In this document: positions 51,170-60,216 of the stretch, one piece after another
How positions within the stretch are numbered: position 1 is the stretch's first letter
How the letters are laid out: each line of letters starts with the position of its first letter
Assembly: GCA_026419515.1 (NCBI GenBank)
Contig: JANZZG010000065.1
Span: 8,435 to 72,434 of the forward strand
Length of the DNA stretch: 64,000 bases
DNA from: Methylophilaceae bacterium
GTDB lineage: Bacteria > Pseudomonadota > Gammaproteobacteria > Burkholderiales > Methylophilaceae
Direction: 5' to 3'
Translations under genes and position numbers: made by a program
The notes under the pieces: model-generated
Database searches by the model: none
What the model was told of the DNA's origin: nothing
Seen by the model: only the letters and a program-made list of their open reading frames with translations

Positions 51170-53470
51170 ATGATCATGTTCTACAGAAAAAAACTGCCTT
51201 ACGCTATCGCCGCCCTGCTTGCCTGTTCTGGCGCCTGGGGCGAGGAATCCACCCACACTGCAGCATTGTCCTCCGCCGAGCTGGAAACGGCCAACGTCAC
51301 GCTGACCGCACCCGTGGTGGTGACCGCCACGCGGCAGGAGCAGAACAGCTTCGACCTGCCGGTGTCGATCGATGCCGTCAGCGGCGAAACCATCCGTGAC
51401 GGGCAGCTGCAGGTCAACCTGTCGGAAACCGCCAACCGCGTCCCCGGCGTGGTGGTCAACAATCGCAACAATCCGGCGCAGGACCTGGCGGTGCAGATCC
51501 GCGGCTTCGGCGCCCGTTCGGCGTTCGGCGTGCGCGGCGTGCGCCTCTATGCCGACGGCATTCCCATGACCATGCCAGACGGCCAGGGCCAGACCGGCAC
51601 GTTCAATCTCGACACCGCCAAGCGGGTCGAGTATCTGCGCGGCCCGTTCTCGGCGCTGTATGGCAACTCCTCGGGCGGCGTGGTGCAGATTTTCACCCAG
51701 GATGGCCCGGATGACCCGACCCTGTCCGGCGGCCTCACCTTCGGCAGCTACGATACGCGCCGTGCCACACTGGGATTCGCCGGCGACAATGACGGCTTCA
51801 ACTACGTCCTCAATGCCAGCACTTACCGCAGCGACGGCTACCGTGACCAATCCGACACCCGGCGCGACACCCTGCACGGCAAGTTCGGCTTCAGGCTCGG
51901 GGACGCCACCCGGCTGACGCTGGTGGCCACGGCACTCAACCAGCCGGACAACGAGGATCCCCAGGGGCTGAATGCGCGCCAGCTCAAACAGGATCGGACC
52001 CAGGCCAACCCCAACTCCCTGAAGTTCGACACCCGCGTCAACCGTCGTCACGAGCAGGTGGGCGCGACGCTGGAGCACGATGTCACGCCCGATGACACGC
52101 TGCGCCTGATGGCCTACTACGGCCAGCGCGAAAACGAGCAATACCAGTCCATCTCGATCGCGGCGCAACGCAATGACCTGAACGGCGGCGGGGTCGCCAC
52201 CATAGACCGCGAGTTCTGGGGCACCGACCTGCGCTGGAGCCACAAGGGCAAGCTGGGCGAGATGCCGTGGAATTTCACCGTAGGTGTCAACTACGACCGC
52301 ATGGAAGATGACCGCAAGGGGTATGAGAACTTTGTTGCGAATGTTGCTTTCGGGAGTATGCCTAATGTTGACTGTGGTGCAACAGTTGGCGGGAAACCCG
52401 TTGTGTGTGGTGTCAAGGGCAATCTGCGCCGGGACGAAACCAACACCGCGTCCAACTTCGACCAGTACCTGCAGGTGGCCATCGACCTCACCGCGCGCCT
52501 CAACGTGAGTGCCGGGGTGCGCCACAGCCGGGTCAGTTTCGACAACAAGGACCGGTATGTGAATATCAATGTATACACTGAACCGGGCGGGGCTCTTGCT
52601 CAAAGAACCAATCCAAACGACAGCGGTTCCGTGACTTTCCGCAAGACCACGCCGGTCATTGGCGCGGTGTTCAAGGTGACCGACACTTTCAACCTCTACG
52701 CCAACGCAGGCGAAAGCTTCGAGACCCCCACCTTCGTGGAAATGGCCTACAAGAGCACCGGTTCCGGTCTCAACCTGGACCTCAAGCCGGCCAAGAGCCG
52801 CCAGTACGAGATCGGCGCCAAATGGATGCTGGGCGAGGGCACGCTGCTGAATGCGGCGCTCTACCGCATTGACACCGATGACGAAATCGTGGTGCTGCAA
52901 CAGGCGGGCGGGCGCACCGTGTACCAGAACGTCGACAGCAGCGAGCGCAAAGGCTTCGAACTGTCGCTGGACAGCCGGCTGCCCTATGGCTTCAGCGCCT
53001 ATCTGGGCTATTCCTACCTGGATGCGGAATTCACTTCCGCTTTCAAGGCTTGCAAGCCTTTTGTGGGTGCGCAGACTACTTGCTTGCTGTCCGTGCCTGC
53101 CAATATTGAAACCATACAGTCCGGTGCCGACATCCCCGGCACCTACAAGCACACCTTCTTTGGCGAGCTGGCCTGGAAATACCAGCCGCTGGGCTTCTCC
53201 ACCGCGCTGGAAGTCAAGGCCAACAGCCAGACCTTTGTTGCCTTCAAGCCCGAATACGGCAAGGCGGACGGGTATGCCACGGTGTCCTGGCGCGGCGGTT
53301 TCGTGCAGAAGGTCGGGCACTGGAAGTTCAGCGAATTCGCCCGCATCGAAAACCTGTTCGACAGGGAGTATGTCGGCTCGGTCCGTGTCGGCGATCTCAA
53401 CGGCAGCTACTATGAGCCAGCGCCGACACGCAACTGGCTGCTCGGCATCAATGCCAGCTACCAGTTCTGA
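51170..53470 (+). CDS. TonB-dependent outer-membrane receptor
   Basis: 766 aa with a signal peptide, a plug region (VVVTATRQEQ, FGVRGVRLYADGIP) and a C-terminal beta-barrel ending ..GINASYQF*. The start may be 51176. Confidence 0.9.
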   Translation: MIMFYRKKLPYAIAALLACSGAWGEESTHTAALSSAELETANVTLTAPVVVTATRQEQNSFDLPVSIDAVSGETIRDGQLQVNLSETANRVPGVVVNNRNNPAQDLAVQIRGFGARSAFGVRGVRLYADGIPMTMPDGQGQTGTFNLDTAKRVEYLRGPFSALYGNSSGGVVQIFTQDGPDDPTLSGGLTFGSYDTRRATLGFAGDNDGFNYVLNASTYRSDGYRDQSDTRRDTLHGKFGFRLGDATRLTLVATALNQPDNEDPQGLNARQLKQDRTQANPNSLKFDTRVNRRHEQVGATLEHDVTPDDTLRLMAYYGQRENEQYQSISIAAQRNDLNGGGVATIDREFWGTDLRWSHKGKLGEMPWNFTVGVNYDRMEDDRKGYENFVANVAFGSMPNVDCGATVGGKPVVCGVKGNLRRDETNTASNFDQYLQVAIDLTARLNVSAGVRHSRVSFDNKDRYVNINVYTEPGGALAQRTNPNDSGSVTFRKTTPVIGAVFKVTDTFNLYANAGESFETPTFVEMAYKSTGSGLNLDLKPAKSRQYEIGAKWMLGEGTLLNAALYRIDTDDEIVVLQQAGGRTVYQNVDSSERKGFELSLDSRLPYGFSAYLGYSYLDAEFTSAFKACKPFVGAQTTCLLSVPANIETIQSGADIPGTYKHTFFGELAWKYQPLGFSTALEVKANSQTFVAFKPEYGKADGYATVSWRGGFVQKVGHWKFSEFARIENLFDREYVGSVRVGDLNGSYYEPAPTRNWLLGINASYQF

Positions 53471-53489
53471 CCCTGTCTGATCCCCAGCA

Positions 53490-53517
53490 AAACCCGCCGC
53501 CGGCGGGTTTTCTTTTG
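53490..53517 (+). terminator. Rho-independent terminator after the TonB-dependent receptor gene
   Basis: AAACCCGC-CGCCG-GCGGGTTT followed by TCTTTTG. Confidence 0.8.
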
Positions 53518-53532
53518 CAGTAAAATCCCGCC

Positions 53533-54675
53533 ATGGCGGAAGACAGCGATCTCGAACGGACCGAGCCGGCAACGCCCCGACGCATCGCCGATGCGCGCGC
53601 CAAGGGCAACATCCCGCGTTCGCGCGAACTGAGCACCTTCGCCATCCTGATCACGGGAGGCGGTGTCCTGCTGCTGATGGGCCCCCGGCTCGCCCACGGC
53701 CTGCTGGAACTGGCGCGCCACTGGTTTACTTTCGATCATGCCATGCTGGCCGATCCGGCTATGATGTGGAACGGCTTCATGAGCGCCGTCCATACCACGC
53801 TTGCCCTGTTCGCCCCGGTGCTGATCGCCTTGCTGGTCGCCGTGGTCGCGGCACCCATCGTCATCGGCGGCTGGCTGTTCAGCGTGGAGGCGATGCAGCC
53901 CGATTTTGGTCGGCTCAATCCATTGCAGGGCATCTCCCGCATCTTCTCCGCCGTTGGCCTGGTGGAACTGCTCAAAGCCATTGCCAAGACGTTGCTGGTC
54001 GGTGGCGTGGCCTTCTGGTTTCTGTGGCAGCACAAAACCGAGATGCTGGCACTGTCCGCGGAGCCGGTCACCGGCGGCATCCCGCATCTGGCCAGCATGT
54101 TGGGCTGGACGTTCCTGGTGGTGGCCGCGGCGATGGTGCTGATCGTCGCCATCGACGTGCCGTTCCAACTCTGGGATTATTACCGCAAACTGCGCATGAC
54201 CAAGGAGGAAGTGCGCCAGGAAATGAAAGAAAGCGAGGGGGACCCGCAGATCAAGAGCCGCATCCGCGCCCTGCAACGCCAGGCGGCGCGACGCCGCATG
54301 ATGGCCGAAGTACCCAAAGCCGACGTCATCGTCACCAACCCGACCCGTTATGCCGTGGCGCTGACCTACCGCGAAAATGAAATGCGCGCACCCCACGTGG
54401 TGGCGAAAGGCTCCTACCTACTGGCACAACGCATTCGCGAGCTGGGCGAGGCGCATGGCGTGCCCATCCTGGAAGCGCCACCGCTGGCCCGCGCACTCTA
54501 CCGCCATGCCGACCTTGGCCAGGAAATCCCTGCCGCCTTGTTTTCCGCCGTGGCGGAGGTGCTGGCCTACGTCTACCAGTTGCGCAGCTATAATAGCGGC
54601 GTTGGCGCAATGCCCGAGAGACCCAAGGATCTGCCAGTACCGAAAGAGTTGGATTTCGTGGAAGCGACTGAATAA
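53533..54675 (+). CDS. flhB: Flagellar export apparatus switch protein FlhB
   Basis: 380 aa, MAEDSDLERTEPATPRRIADARAKGNIPRSRE..., four TM helices, and the autocleavage loop at residues 269-272 (NPTR here). Confidence 0.9.
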   Translation: MAEDSDLERTEPATPRRIADARAKGNIPRSRELSTFAILITGGGVLLLMGPRLAHGLLELARHWFTFDHAMLADPAMMWNGFMSAVHTTLALFAPVLIALLVAVVAAPIVIGGWLFSVEAMQPDFGRLNPLQGISRIFSAVGLVELLKAIAKTLLVGGVAFWFLWQHKTEMLALSAEPVTGGIPHLASMLGWTFLVVAAAMVLIVAIDVPFQLWDYYRKLRMTKEEVRQEMKESEGDPQIKSRIRALQRQAARRRMMAEVPKADVIVTNPTRYAVALTYRENEMRAPHVVAKGSYLLAQRIRELGEAHGVPILEAPPLARALYRHADLGQEIPAALFSAVAEVLAYVYQLRSYNSGVGAMPERPKDLPVPKELDFVEATE

Positions 54676-56750
54676 TGGCGGCCACACTCACCGCGCCGAG
54701 GATGGATGTTCAAGCGCTGGCGGTGCCCCTCCTCGTGATCATGATCCTCACCATGATGGTGCTGCCGCTGCCGCCCATCCTGCTGGATCTGCTATTCACT
54801 TTCAACATCGCGCTGTCTCTCATCGTCATCATGGTCTGCGTGCACACGCCGCGGCCACTGGATTTCGCCGCCTTCCCCACGGTGCTGCTGCTCACCACGC
54901 TGTTGCGACTCTCCCTCAACGTGGCTTCCTCGCGCGTCGTGCTGATGGAAGGCCACACCGGCCCCGATGCCGCCGGTAAGGTGATCGAGGCGTTCGGGCA
55001 TTTTCTGGTGGGTGGCAACTATACCGTGGGCATCATCGTGTTCATCATCCTGGTCATCATCAACTTCGTGGTGATCACCAAAGGTGCAGGGCGCATCGCA
55101 GAGGTGAGCGCACGCTTCACACTGGATGCCATGCCAGGCAAGCAGATGGCGATCGATGCCGACCTCAACGCCGGCCTGATCGGAGAAGAAGAAGCTCGCC
55201 GCCGTCGCGCCGAAATCGCCCGTGAGGCCGAGTTCTACGGCTCCATGGACGGTGCCAGCAAATTCGTGCGCGGTGATGCCATCGCCGGCATCCTCATCAT
55301 GTTGATCAACATCATCGGCGGGCTCATCGTCGGCATGGTACAGCACGGGCTCGATTTCCAGACTGCGCTCAACAACTATACCCTGCTCACCATCGGGGAC
55401 GGACTGGTGGCCCAGATCCCTGCCCTCATCATTTCTACCGCCGCCGGCATCATCGTGACACGCGTCGGAGGAGAGAGCGAAGGTGACGTCGGGGCCCAAT
55501 TACTGGGACAGATGTTCAACGACTCCAGGGTGCTCTACATCGCCGGCAGCATGCTGGGGGTGATGGGCATCATTCCTGGCATGCCACATTTCGCCTTTTT
55601 GCTGCTCGGTGGCCTCACCGGCGGCATCGGCTATCTGATGGACCGACGGGCACGTGAAGCAGCGGCTCGCAAAACTCAAGAAGAAGTCGCCCCCCCACCC
55701 GCCGAAATGCCTGAAGTCAGCTGGGACGACGTAGTACCAGTCGATGTATTGGGGCTGGAAGTCGGCTACCGTCTCATCCCGCTGGTCGATCACACCCAAA
55801 ATGGCGAGTTGCTGCGCCGCATCCGCGGCGTGCGCAAAAAATTCGCCCAAGAGATGGGGTTTCTGGTACCTCCCGTGCACATCCGCGACAACCTCGAACT
55901 CAAACCCAACGGCTACCGCATCACCTTGAAGGGCGTGGAAGTGGGGCAAGGCGAAGCCTTCGTGGGACAATTCCTCGCCATCAATCCGGGACGGGTGGTC
56001 GGTGAAGTCAAGGGCATCAAGACCAAGGATCCGACTTTTGGCCTACCCGCCATCTGGGTCGACAGCGAGGTACGCGAGCAAGCCCAGGCTTTCGGCTATA
56101 CGGTGGTGGATGCCTCGACGGTAGTCGCCACCCACTTATCCCACATCATCCAACAGCATGCCATGGAATTGCTGGGACGGGAAGAAACCCAACAGCTACT
56201 GGACCGTATCAACAAAGAGTCACCCAAGCTGGTGGAAGACCTCATCCCCAAAGTGATCTCCCTCGGCACGTTACAAAAAGTGCTGCAGAATTTGCTGGCG
56301 GAAGGCGTACATATCCGCGACATGCGGACCATCCTCGAAGTCCTGGCCGAAAACGCTCCGCGCACCCAAGATGCCGAGCAGCTCACCGCCAACGTGCGCG
56401 TCGCCTTAGGGCGCGCGATCACGCAACAACTGTTTCCGGGCAACAGCGAAATCCAGGTCATTGCCCTGGCACCGCGTCTCGAAGCCATCCTCATGCAGGC
56501 CGCCCAGATCCCCAGTACGGATGGCCCTGGCCTGGAGCCAGGGTTGGCCGATCAGTTGTTGAAAGGGATCAGTCAGGCTGCCGAGCAAATGGAGCAAGTC
56601 GGGTTACCTCCCGTCCTGCTGGTCCCCGGCCCATTGCGTGCCGTGCTGGCAAAATTCCTGCGTCGCTCCATTCCACAGCTCAACGTGTTGGCACACAACG
56701 AAATCCCGGATGGCCGCATGCTGCGCGTAGCGCACACCGTAGGCAGCTAG
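54675..56750 (+). CDS. flhA: Flagellar export apparatus protein FlhA
   Basis: 691 aa, with FHIIL-type TM region sequence (FPTVLLLTTLLRLSLNVASSR, ITKGAGRIAEVSARFTLDAMPGKQMAIDADL). Confidence 0.95.
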   Translation: MAATLTAPRMDVQALAVPLLVIMILTMMVLPLPPILLDLLFTFNIALSLIVIMVCVHTPRPLDFAAFPTVLLLTTLLRLSLNVASSRVVLMEGHTGPDAAGKVIEAFGHFLVGGNYTVGIIVFIILVIINFVVITKGAGRIAEVSARFTLDAMPGKQMAIDADLNAGLIGEEEARRRRAEIAREAEFYGSMDGASKFVRGDAIAGILIMLINIIGGLIVGMVQHGLDFQTALNNYTLLTIGDGLVAQIPALIISTAAGIIVTRVGGESEGDVGAQLLGQMFNDSRVLYIAGSMLGVMGIIPGMPHFAFLLLGGLTGGIGYLMDRRAREAAARKTQEEVAPPPAEMPEVSWDDVVPVDVLGLEVGYRLIPLVDHTQNGELLRRIRGVRKKFAQEMGFLVPPVHIRDNLELKPNGYRITLKGVEVGQGEAFVGQFLAINPGRVVGEVKGIKTKDPTFGLPAIWVDSEVREQAQAFGYTVVDASTVVATHLSHIIQQHAMELLGREETQQLLDRINKESPKLVEDLIPKVISLGTLQKVLQNLLAEGVHIRDMRTILEVLAENAPRTQDAEQLTANVRVALGRAITQQLFPGNSEIQVIALAPRLEAILMQAAQIPSTDGPGLEPGLADQLLKGISQAAEQMEQVGLPPVLLVPGPLRAVLAKFLRRSIPQLNVLAHNEIPDGRMLRVAHTVGS

Positions 56751-56832
56751 AGCGCATGAACTCTACCCGGCTGGCAATGTCTGTAATATGGAATTTTACG
56801 GTTTTCACCCATCTCGCTTCAGGAGAATGCAC

Positions 56833-57633
56833 ATGCCCACTCGCCCCCTCATGTGGATCGCCAGCGCGATTCTAATCAGTCTGAGTCATAGCCCAGTAGT
56901 TTTTGCCGAAGCCTCCGAAGCCCTGTGGCCGGTGGTGAAGGAAGCCTTTTTCGCCGGCAAAAACATCGAGCCGGCCGATTTCATCAGGCTGGAAGGGCCG
57001 CGCCGCGCGGAAAGCGGTGCGCAGGTGCCGGTGACGTTGACCATAGACAAAGCCCCGGATGCACCGGATGCCATCAAAAAAGTCTATCTGATCGTCGATG
57101 CCAACCCGATCCCGCTTGCCGCCATTTACCATTTCACCCCGCTAAACGGCAAGGCACAAATCTCCACACGCATTCGCATGGAAACCGACTCCTATATCCA
57201 TGCCGTAGGAGAAACCGCGGATGGCAAACTGTACATGACCGCCCTGCCCATTCGCGCCGCAGGCGGCTGCGGCGGGCTGGTAGACAGCGACGAAGCCGCC
57301 ATCCGGGCGACGGCGGGAAAAATGAAAGTGAACTTGGAAGAGCCCATCAAGTTTGGTGAACCCAATCCCGCCACTTTGCTGATCAAACATCCGATGTTCA
57401 CGGGTTTGCAACGCGATCTCGCCTCTGGCGGCTATCGTCCCGCTTTCTACATCCAGAAAGTCGAACTGACCTACAACGGCAAACCGGTGATGCACGTCGA
57501 CTTGGGCGTCGGCACCTCGGAAGACCCTTACCTGCGCTTCTTCTACCGTCCCGACGCCCCCGGCGTGATGGACATCAAAGCCACCGACAACGAAGGCAAG
57601 GAATTCACCCACCAGGTCGAAGTCAAAGGCTGA
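56833..57633 (+). CDS. SoxY-SoxZ fusion carrier-like periplasmic protein (quinoprotein-dehydrogenase-associated SoxYZ-like carrier family)
   Basis: Start chosen at MPTRPLMWIASAILISLSHSPVVFA (signal peptide; AGGAGA 6 nt upstream). There is an internal GGCGG carrier-cysteine motif at 57262-57276. The C-terminal half is SoxZ-like (HPMFTGLQ...YIQKVELTYNGKPV). Confidence 0.7.
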   Translation: MPTRPLMWIASAILISLSHSPVVFAEASEALWPVVKEAFFAGKNIEPADFIRLEGPRRAESGAQVPVTLTIDKAPDAPDAIKKVYLIVDANPIPLAAIYHFTPLNGKAQISTRIRMETDSYIHAVGETADGKLYMTALPIRAAGGCGGLVDSDEAAIRATAGKMKVNLEEPIKFGEPNPATLLIKHPMFTGLQRDLASGGYRPAFYIQKVELTYNGKPVMHVDLGVGTSEDPYLRFFYRPDAPGVMDIKATDNEGKEFTHQVEVKG

Positions 57634-57662
57634 GGGCCATGAAGCATTTGGGCTGGCGAGTA

Positions 57663-58256
57663 TCAGCGCAACGACATGCGCGACATGATTTCGTCTTTAT
57701 CGATCACTTTGTGCTTGATGGCTGCCGCGACATGCAAGGCAATCAATGAAATCAGGATGGCCCCGATGATTTCATGCACTTCCTTGAAAGCTTCGCGCAA
57801 TTCCGGATTGTCCAGCCCGGGCGCCAGCGGCAAGCCAAACCACATGATTCCATATTTGCTGTTGATCGCCATGAGGATGCCACTCAATGGCATCGCCACC
57901 ATCAGCACATAAAGCCCTTTGTGTACCAGATCGGCAATCTTCTTTTCCCACGCCTTCATGCTGTCGGGGAATGCCGGTGGTTGGTGAGTGAGGCGCACAT
58001 AGACACGAATCAAAATCAGCAACAGCAAAGTGACGCCTATGGATTTGTGCAGATTGAAATAGAAGCTGCGCGGCGACATCGCCTCATCAAACTGCAGGGT
58101 ATAGAGGCCGAGATCGAACAGATCGAGCGCCGTCACTTTCGGCGCATCTCTGGGGAGGTCCGCCATATACCAACCCAAGGCGAACATGATGAAGATGATC
58201 ACTGCCGTCAATCCATGCAAGATGATGGCTGGTTTGCTATATTTCTGTGTCGTCAT
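57663..58256 (-). CDS. Cytochrome b561 (CybB/YceJ family)
   Basis: Start chosen at MTTQKYSKPAIILHGLTAV (58256). Four TM helices carry four conserved His (ILHG, NLHKS, EVHEI, ALHVAA). Confidence 0.8.
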   Translation of the reverse strand: MTTQKYSKPAIILHGLTAVIIFIMFALGWYMADLPRDAPKVTALDLFDLGLYTLQFDEAMSPRSFYFNLHKSIGVTLLLLILIRVYVRLTHQPPAFPDSMKAWEKKIADLVHKGLYVLMVAMPLSGILMAINSKYGIMWFGLPLAPGLDNPELREAFKEVHEIIGAILISLIALHVAAAIKHKVIDKDEIMSRMSLR

Positions 58257-58408
58257 GTCGCTTCCTACCCATGATATGGAAAACATACGGCTCTGCATTG
58301 ACGCTAGGGCGTTCGACACTCCAGGGCGCCCTGAAGTTCAGGACGGACTGGAATGGTCAGCGCACCCAAGCCGAGGGTTACATGATACCCTATTTGCAAG
58401 GTAAATAG

Positions 58409-59329
58409 ATGACTCCGATGCTCCAGAACGTGCTACTGATCCTAGTCATGGCGCTAGCCACACCGGCTTGGGCGGAACCATTGCCGGTGAAGGAGGTTGC
58501 CGCGGGCGTATATGTACATCAAGGCGCCCATGAAGATCTGGATGCCGGCTACCATGGCGACATATGCAACATTGGCTTCGTGGTCGGCAGCAAAGGCGTT
58601 GCAGTGATCGACAGTGGTGGCACCCTTGACGTCGGCCGAAGGCTCAGAGAAGCCATCCGCAAAATCACCGACCTGCCCATTCTATACGTCATCAACACTC
58701 ACGTGCACCCCGATCACATCTTTGGCAATGCCGCCTTCCGCGAGGACAACCCGGTCTATGTCGGCCACGCCAAGTTACCGGAAGCCATGGAACGCCGCAA
58801 GGAATCGTATATGCGCAACAACATGGCCTGGCTGGGTGAAGCCTTCGCTGGCAGTGAAATGATCAAGCCCACCCGTACCGTGGACGGTACGCTGGAGCTC
58901 GACTTGGGCGGACGCACTCTGCAGTTGACGGCGTGGCCGCCGGCGCACACCCATGCGGACCTCACCGTATTGGACCGCGCCACAGCCACACTATGGACGG
59001 GGGATCTGTTGTTCGTCGAGCGCACGCCCTCGATGGATGGCGATACCCTCAACTGGATCAAGCTGATCCCGCAACTCAAGGCGCTACCTGCTGCGCGCGC
59101 CATCCCCGGCCATGGCACTCCTACCGAACAATGGCAAGCTGCGTTTGATAATCAGCAGCGCTATTTCCAGGTCTTGCTGGACGATCTTCGCGCCGCCATC
59201 AAAAAAGGGGTTCCCATGGAAAAAGCCATGGAAACCGCTGCCGCCGGTGAGAAAGCGCACTGGGTATTGTTCGACAATGTCAACCGGCGCAACGTCAACC
59301 TTCTCTATCCCTTGCTCGAATGGGAATGA
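58409..59329 (+). CDS. Periplasmic metallo-beta-lactamase-fold zinc hydrolase (SoxH-like / quinoprotein relay system metallohydrolase family)
   Basis: 306 aa with a signal peptide (MTPMLQNVLLILVMALATPAWA) and the HxHxDH motif (THVHPDHIFGN). Confidence 0.75.
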   Translation: MTPMLQNVLLILVMALATPAWAEPLPVKEVAAGVYVHQGAHEDLDAGYHGDICNIGFVVGSKGVAVIDSGGTLDVGRRLREAIRKITDLPILYVINTHVHPDHIFGNAAFREDNPVYVGHAKLPEAMERRKESYMRNNMAWLGEAFAGSEMIKPTRTVDGTLELDLGGRTLQLTAWPPAHTHADLTVLDRATATLWTGDLLFVERTPSMDGDTLNWIKLIPQLKALPAARAIPGHGTPTEQWQAAFDNQQRYFQVLLDDLRAAIKKGVPMEKAMETAAAGEKAHWVLFDNVNRRNVNLLYPLLEWE

Positions 59330-59442
59330 CCTCACCGTCGGATAGTGGCTGACAACAGCCACTTTCTCAACCAATTCAAAGCGTTAGGCCGAATTCCGAT
59401 TGCTGTTATAATGCCTTTCTCTGTTCCGACCTGCCGTTCTAG

Positions 59443-60216
59443 ATGGCTGCACACATTGTTATTTCACGCACGTCACGCATCGACTCCTCGTTCACTGGGG
59501 CACTGTTGGTTTCCGTGGCTATCCATTTGACGGCACTGGCCATTTTGCCTGCTTGGGAATTCAAAACGGAGCAAAAAACGGCACCATTGGTAGTGGAATT
59601 GCAGCCTCCCCCGCCCCAACCCATACTGCCCCAACCTATACCGCCACAGCCCTCCCCGCCCGAACACCGCCCAGCGGAGCCGGAGCAGCCCCAAGCCCCT
59701 CCGAAAAAGCCTCTACCCAAGCCTCTGCCCACTCTCGAACCCGAAGCGCACAACGAGCCGCCGGCCGCCGTGCATCCAGAACCCATTGCGGATCCTCCCC
59801 CGCCCCCGCCGCAGGTCATCGCGGCCGCACCCCAGCCCGATGAGCCAGCACCCACGTTCGTAGCGCCACCGTCGCCACCGGAACCGCCACCCAAACTGCG
59901 AGCACCGTCCGAACTGGACATCGATGCCGCCAAAAACGCTTACGGCAGCCTGCTGGCGCGGGAATTCGCCAAGCACAAGCAATATCCTCGTATCGCTCAG
60001 ATGCGTGGCTGGCAAGGCATCGCCAAAGTGGAACTGCATCTCGATGCCAGCGGCAACGTGATTTCGAGCCGCATCAGTGAACCCAGCGGCTACGAAGTAC
60101 TCGACAAACAGGCGCTGGAAATGGTACGCAAGGCCGTGCCACTGCCCCTCCCACCTGAAGCCCTGCGGGGCAGAGAGTTCACCATTCTCGTTCCGGTGGT
60201 GTTCCGCTTGGAATGA
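59443..60216 (+). CDS. tonB: Energy transducer TonB
   Basis: 257 aa. N-terminal TM with S-x3-H (SVAIH), a long Pro-rich spacer (PPPPQPILPQPIPPQPSPPEHRP...), and a TonB C-terminal domain (YPRIAQMRGWQGIAKVEL...). Confidence 0.85.
   Translation: MAAHIVISRTSRIDSSFTGALLVSVAIHLTALAILPAWEFKTEQKTAPLVVELQPPPPQPILPQPIPPQPSPPEHRPAEPEQPQAPPKKPLPKPLPTLEPEAHNEPPAAVHPEPIADPPPPPPQVIAAAPQPDEPAPTFVAPPSPPEPPPKLRAPSELDIDAAKNAYGSLLAREFAKHKQYPRIAQMRGWQGIAKVELHLDASGNVISSRISEPSGYEVLDKQALEMVRKAVPLPLPPEALRGREFTILVPVVFRLE

Noticed and set aside
51116-53572. 818-aa ORF on the minus strand. The same applies to the other very long antisense ORFs: 49613..51082, 10227..11594, 14304..15710, 25645..26562, 42911..43945, 44723..45844, 46959..47975 and 53458..54396.
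   Set aside because: Each lies exactly opposite a gene with clear family motifs (TonB-dependent receptor, moeA, mraY/murF, ftsI, hisD, AOR, AorC, moaA, flhB). The translations are Arg/Gly/His/Ala-rich low-complexity strings typical of stop-poor antisense frames in high-GC DNA.
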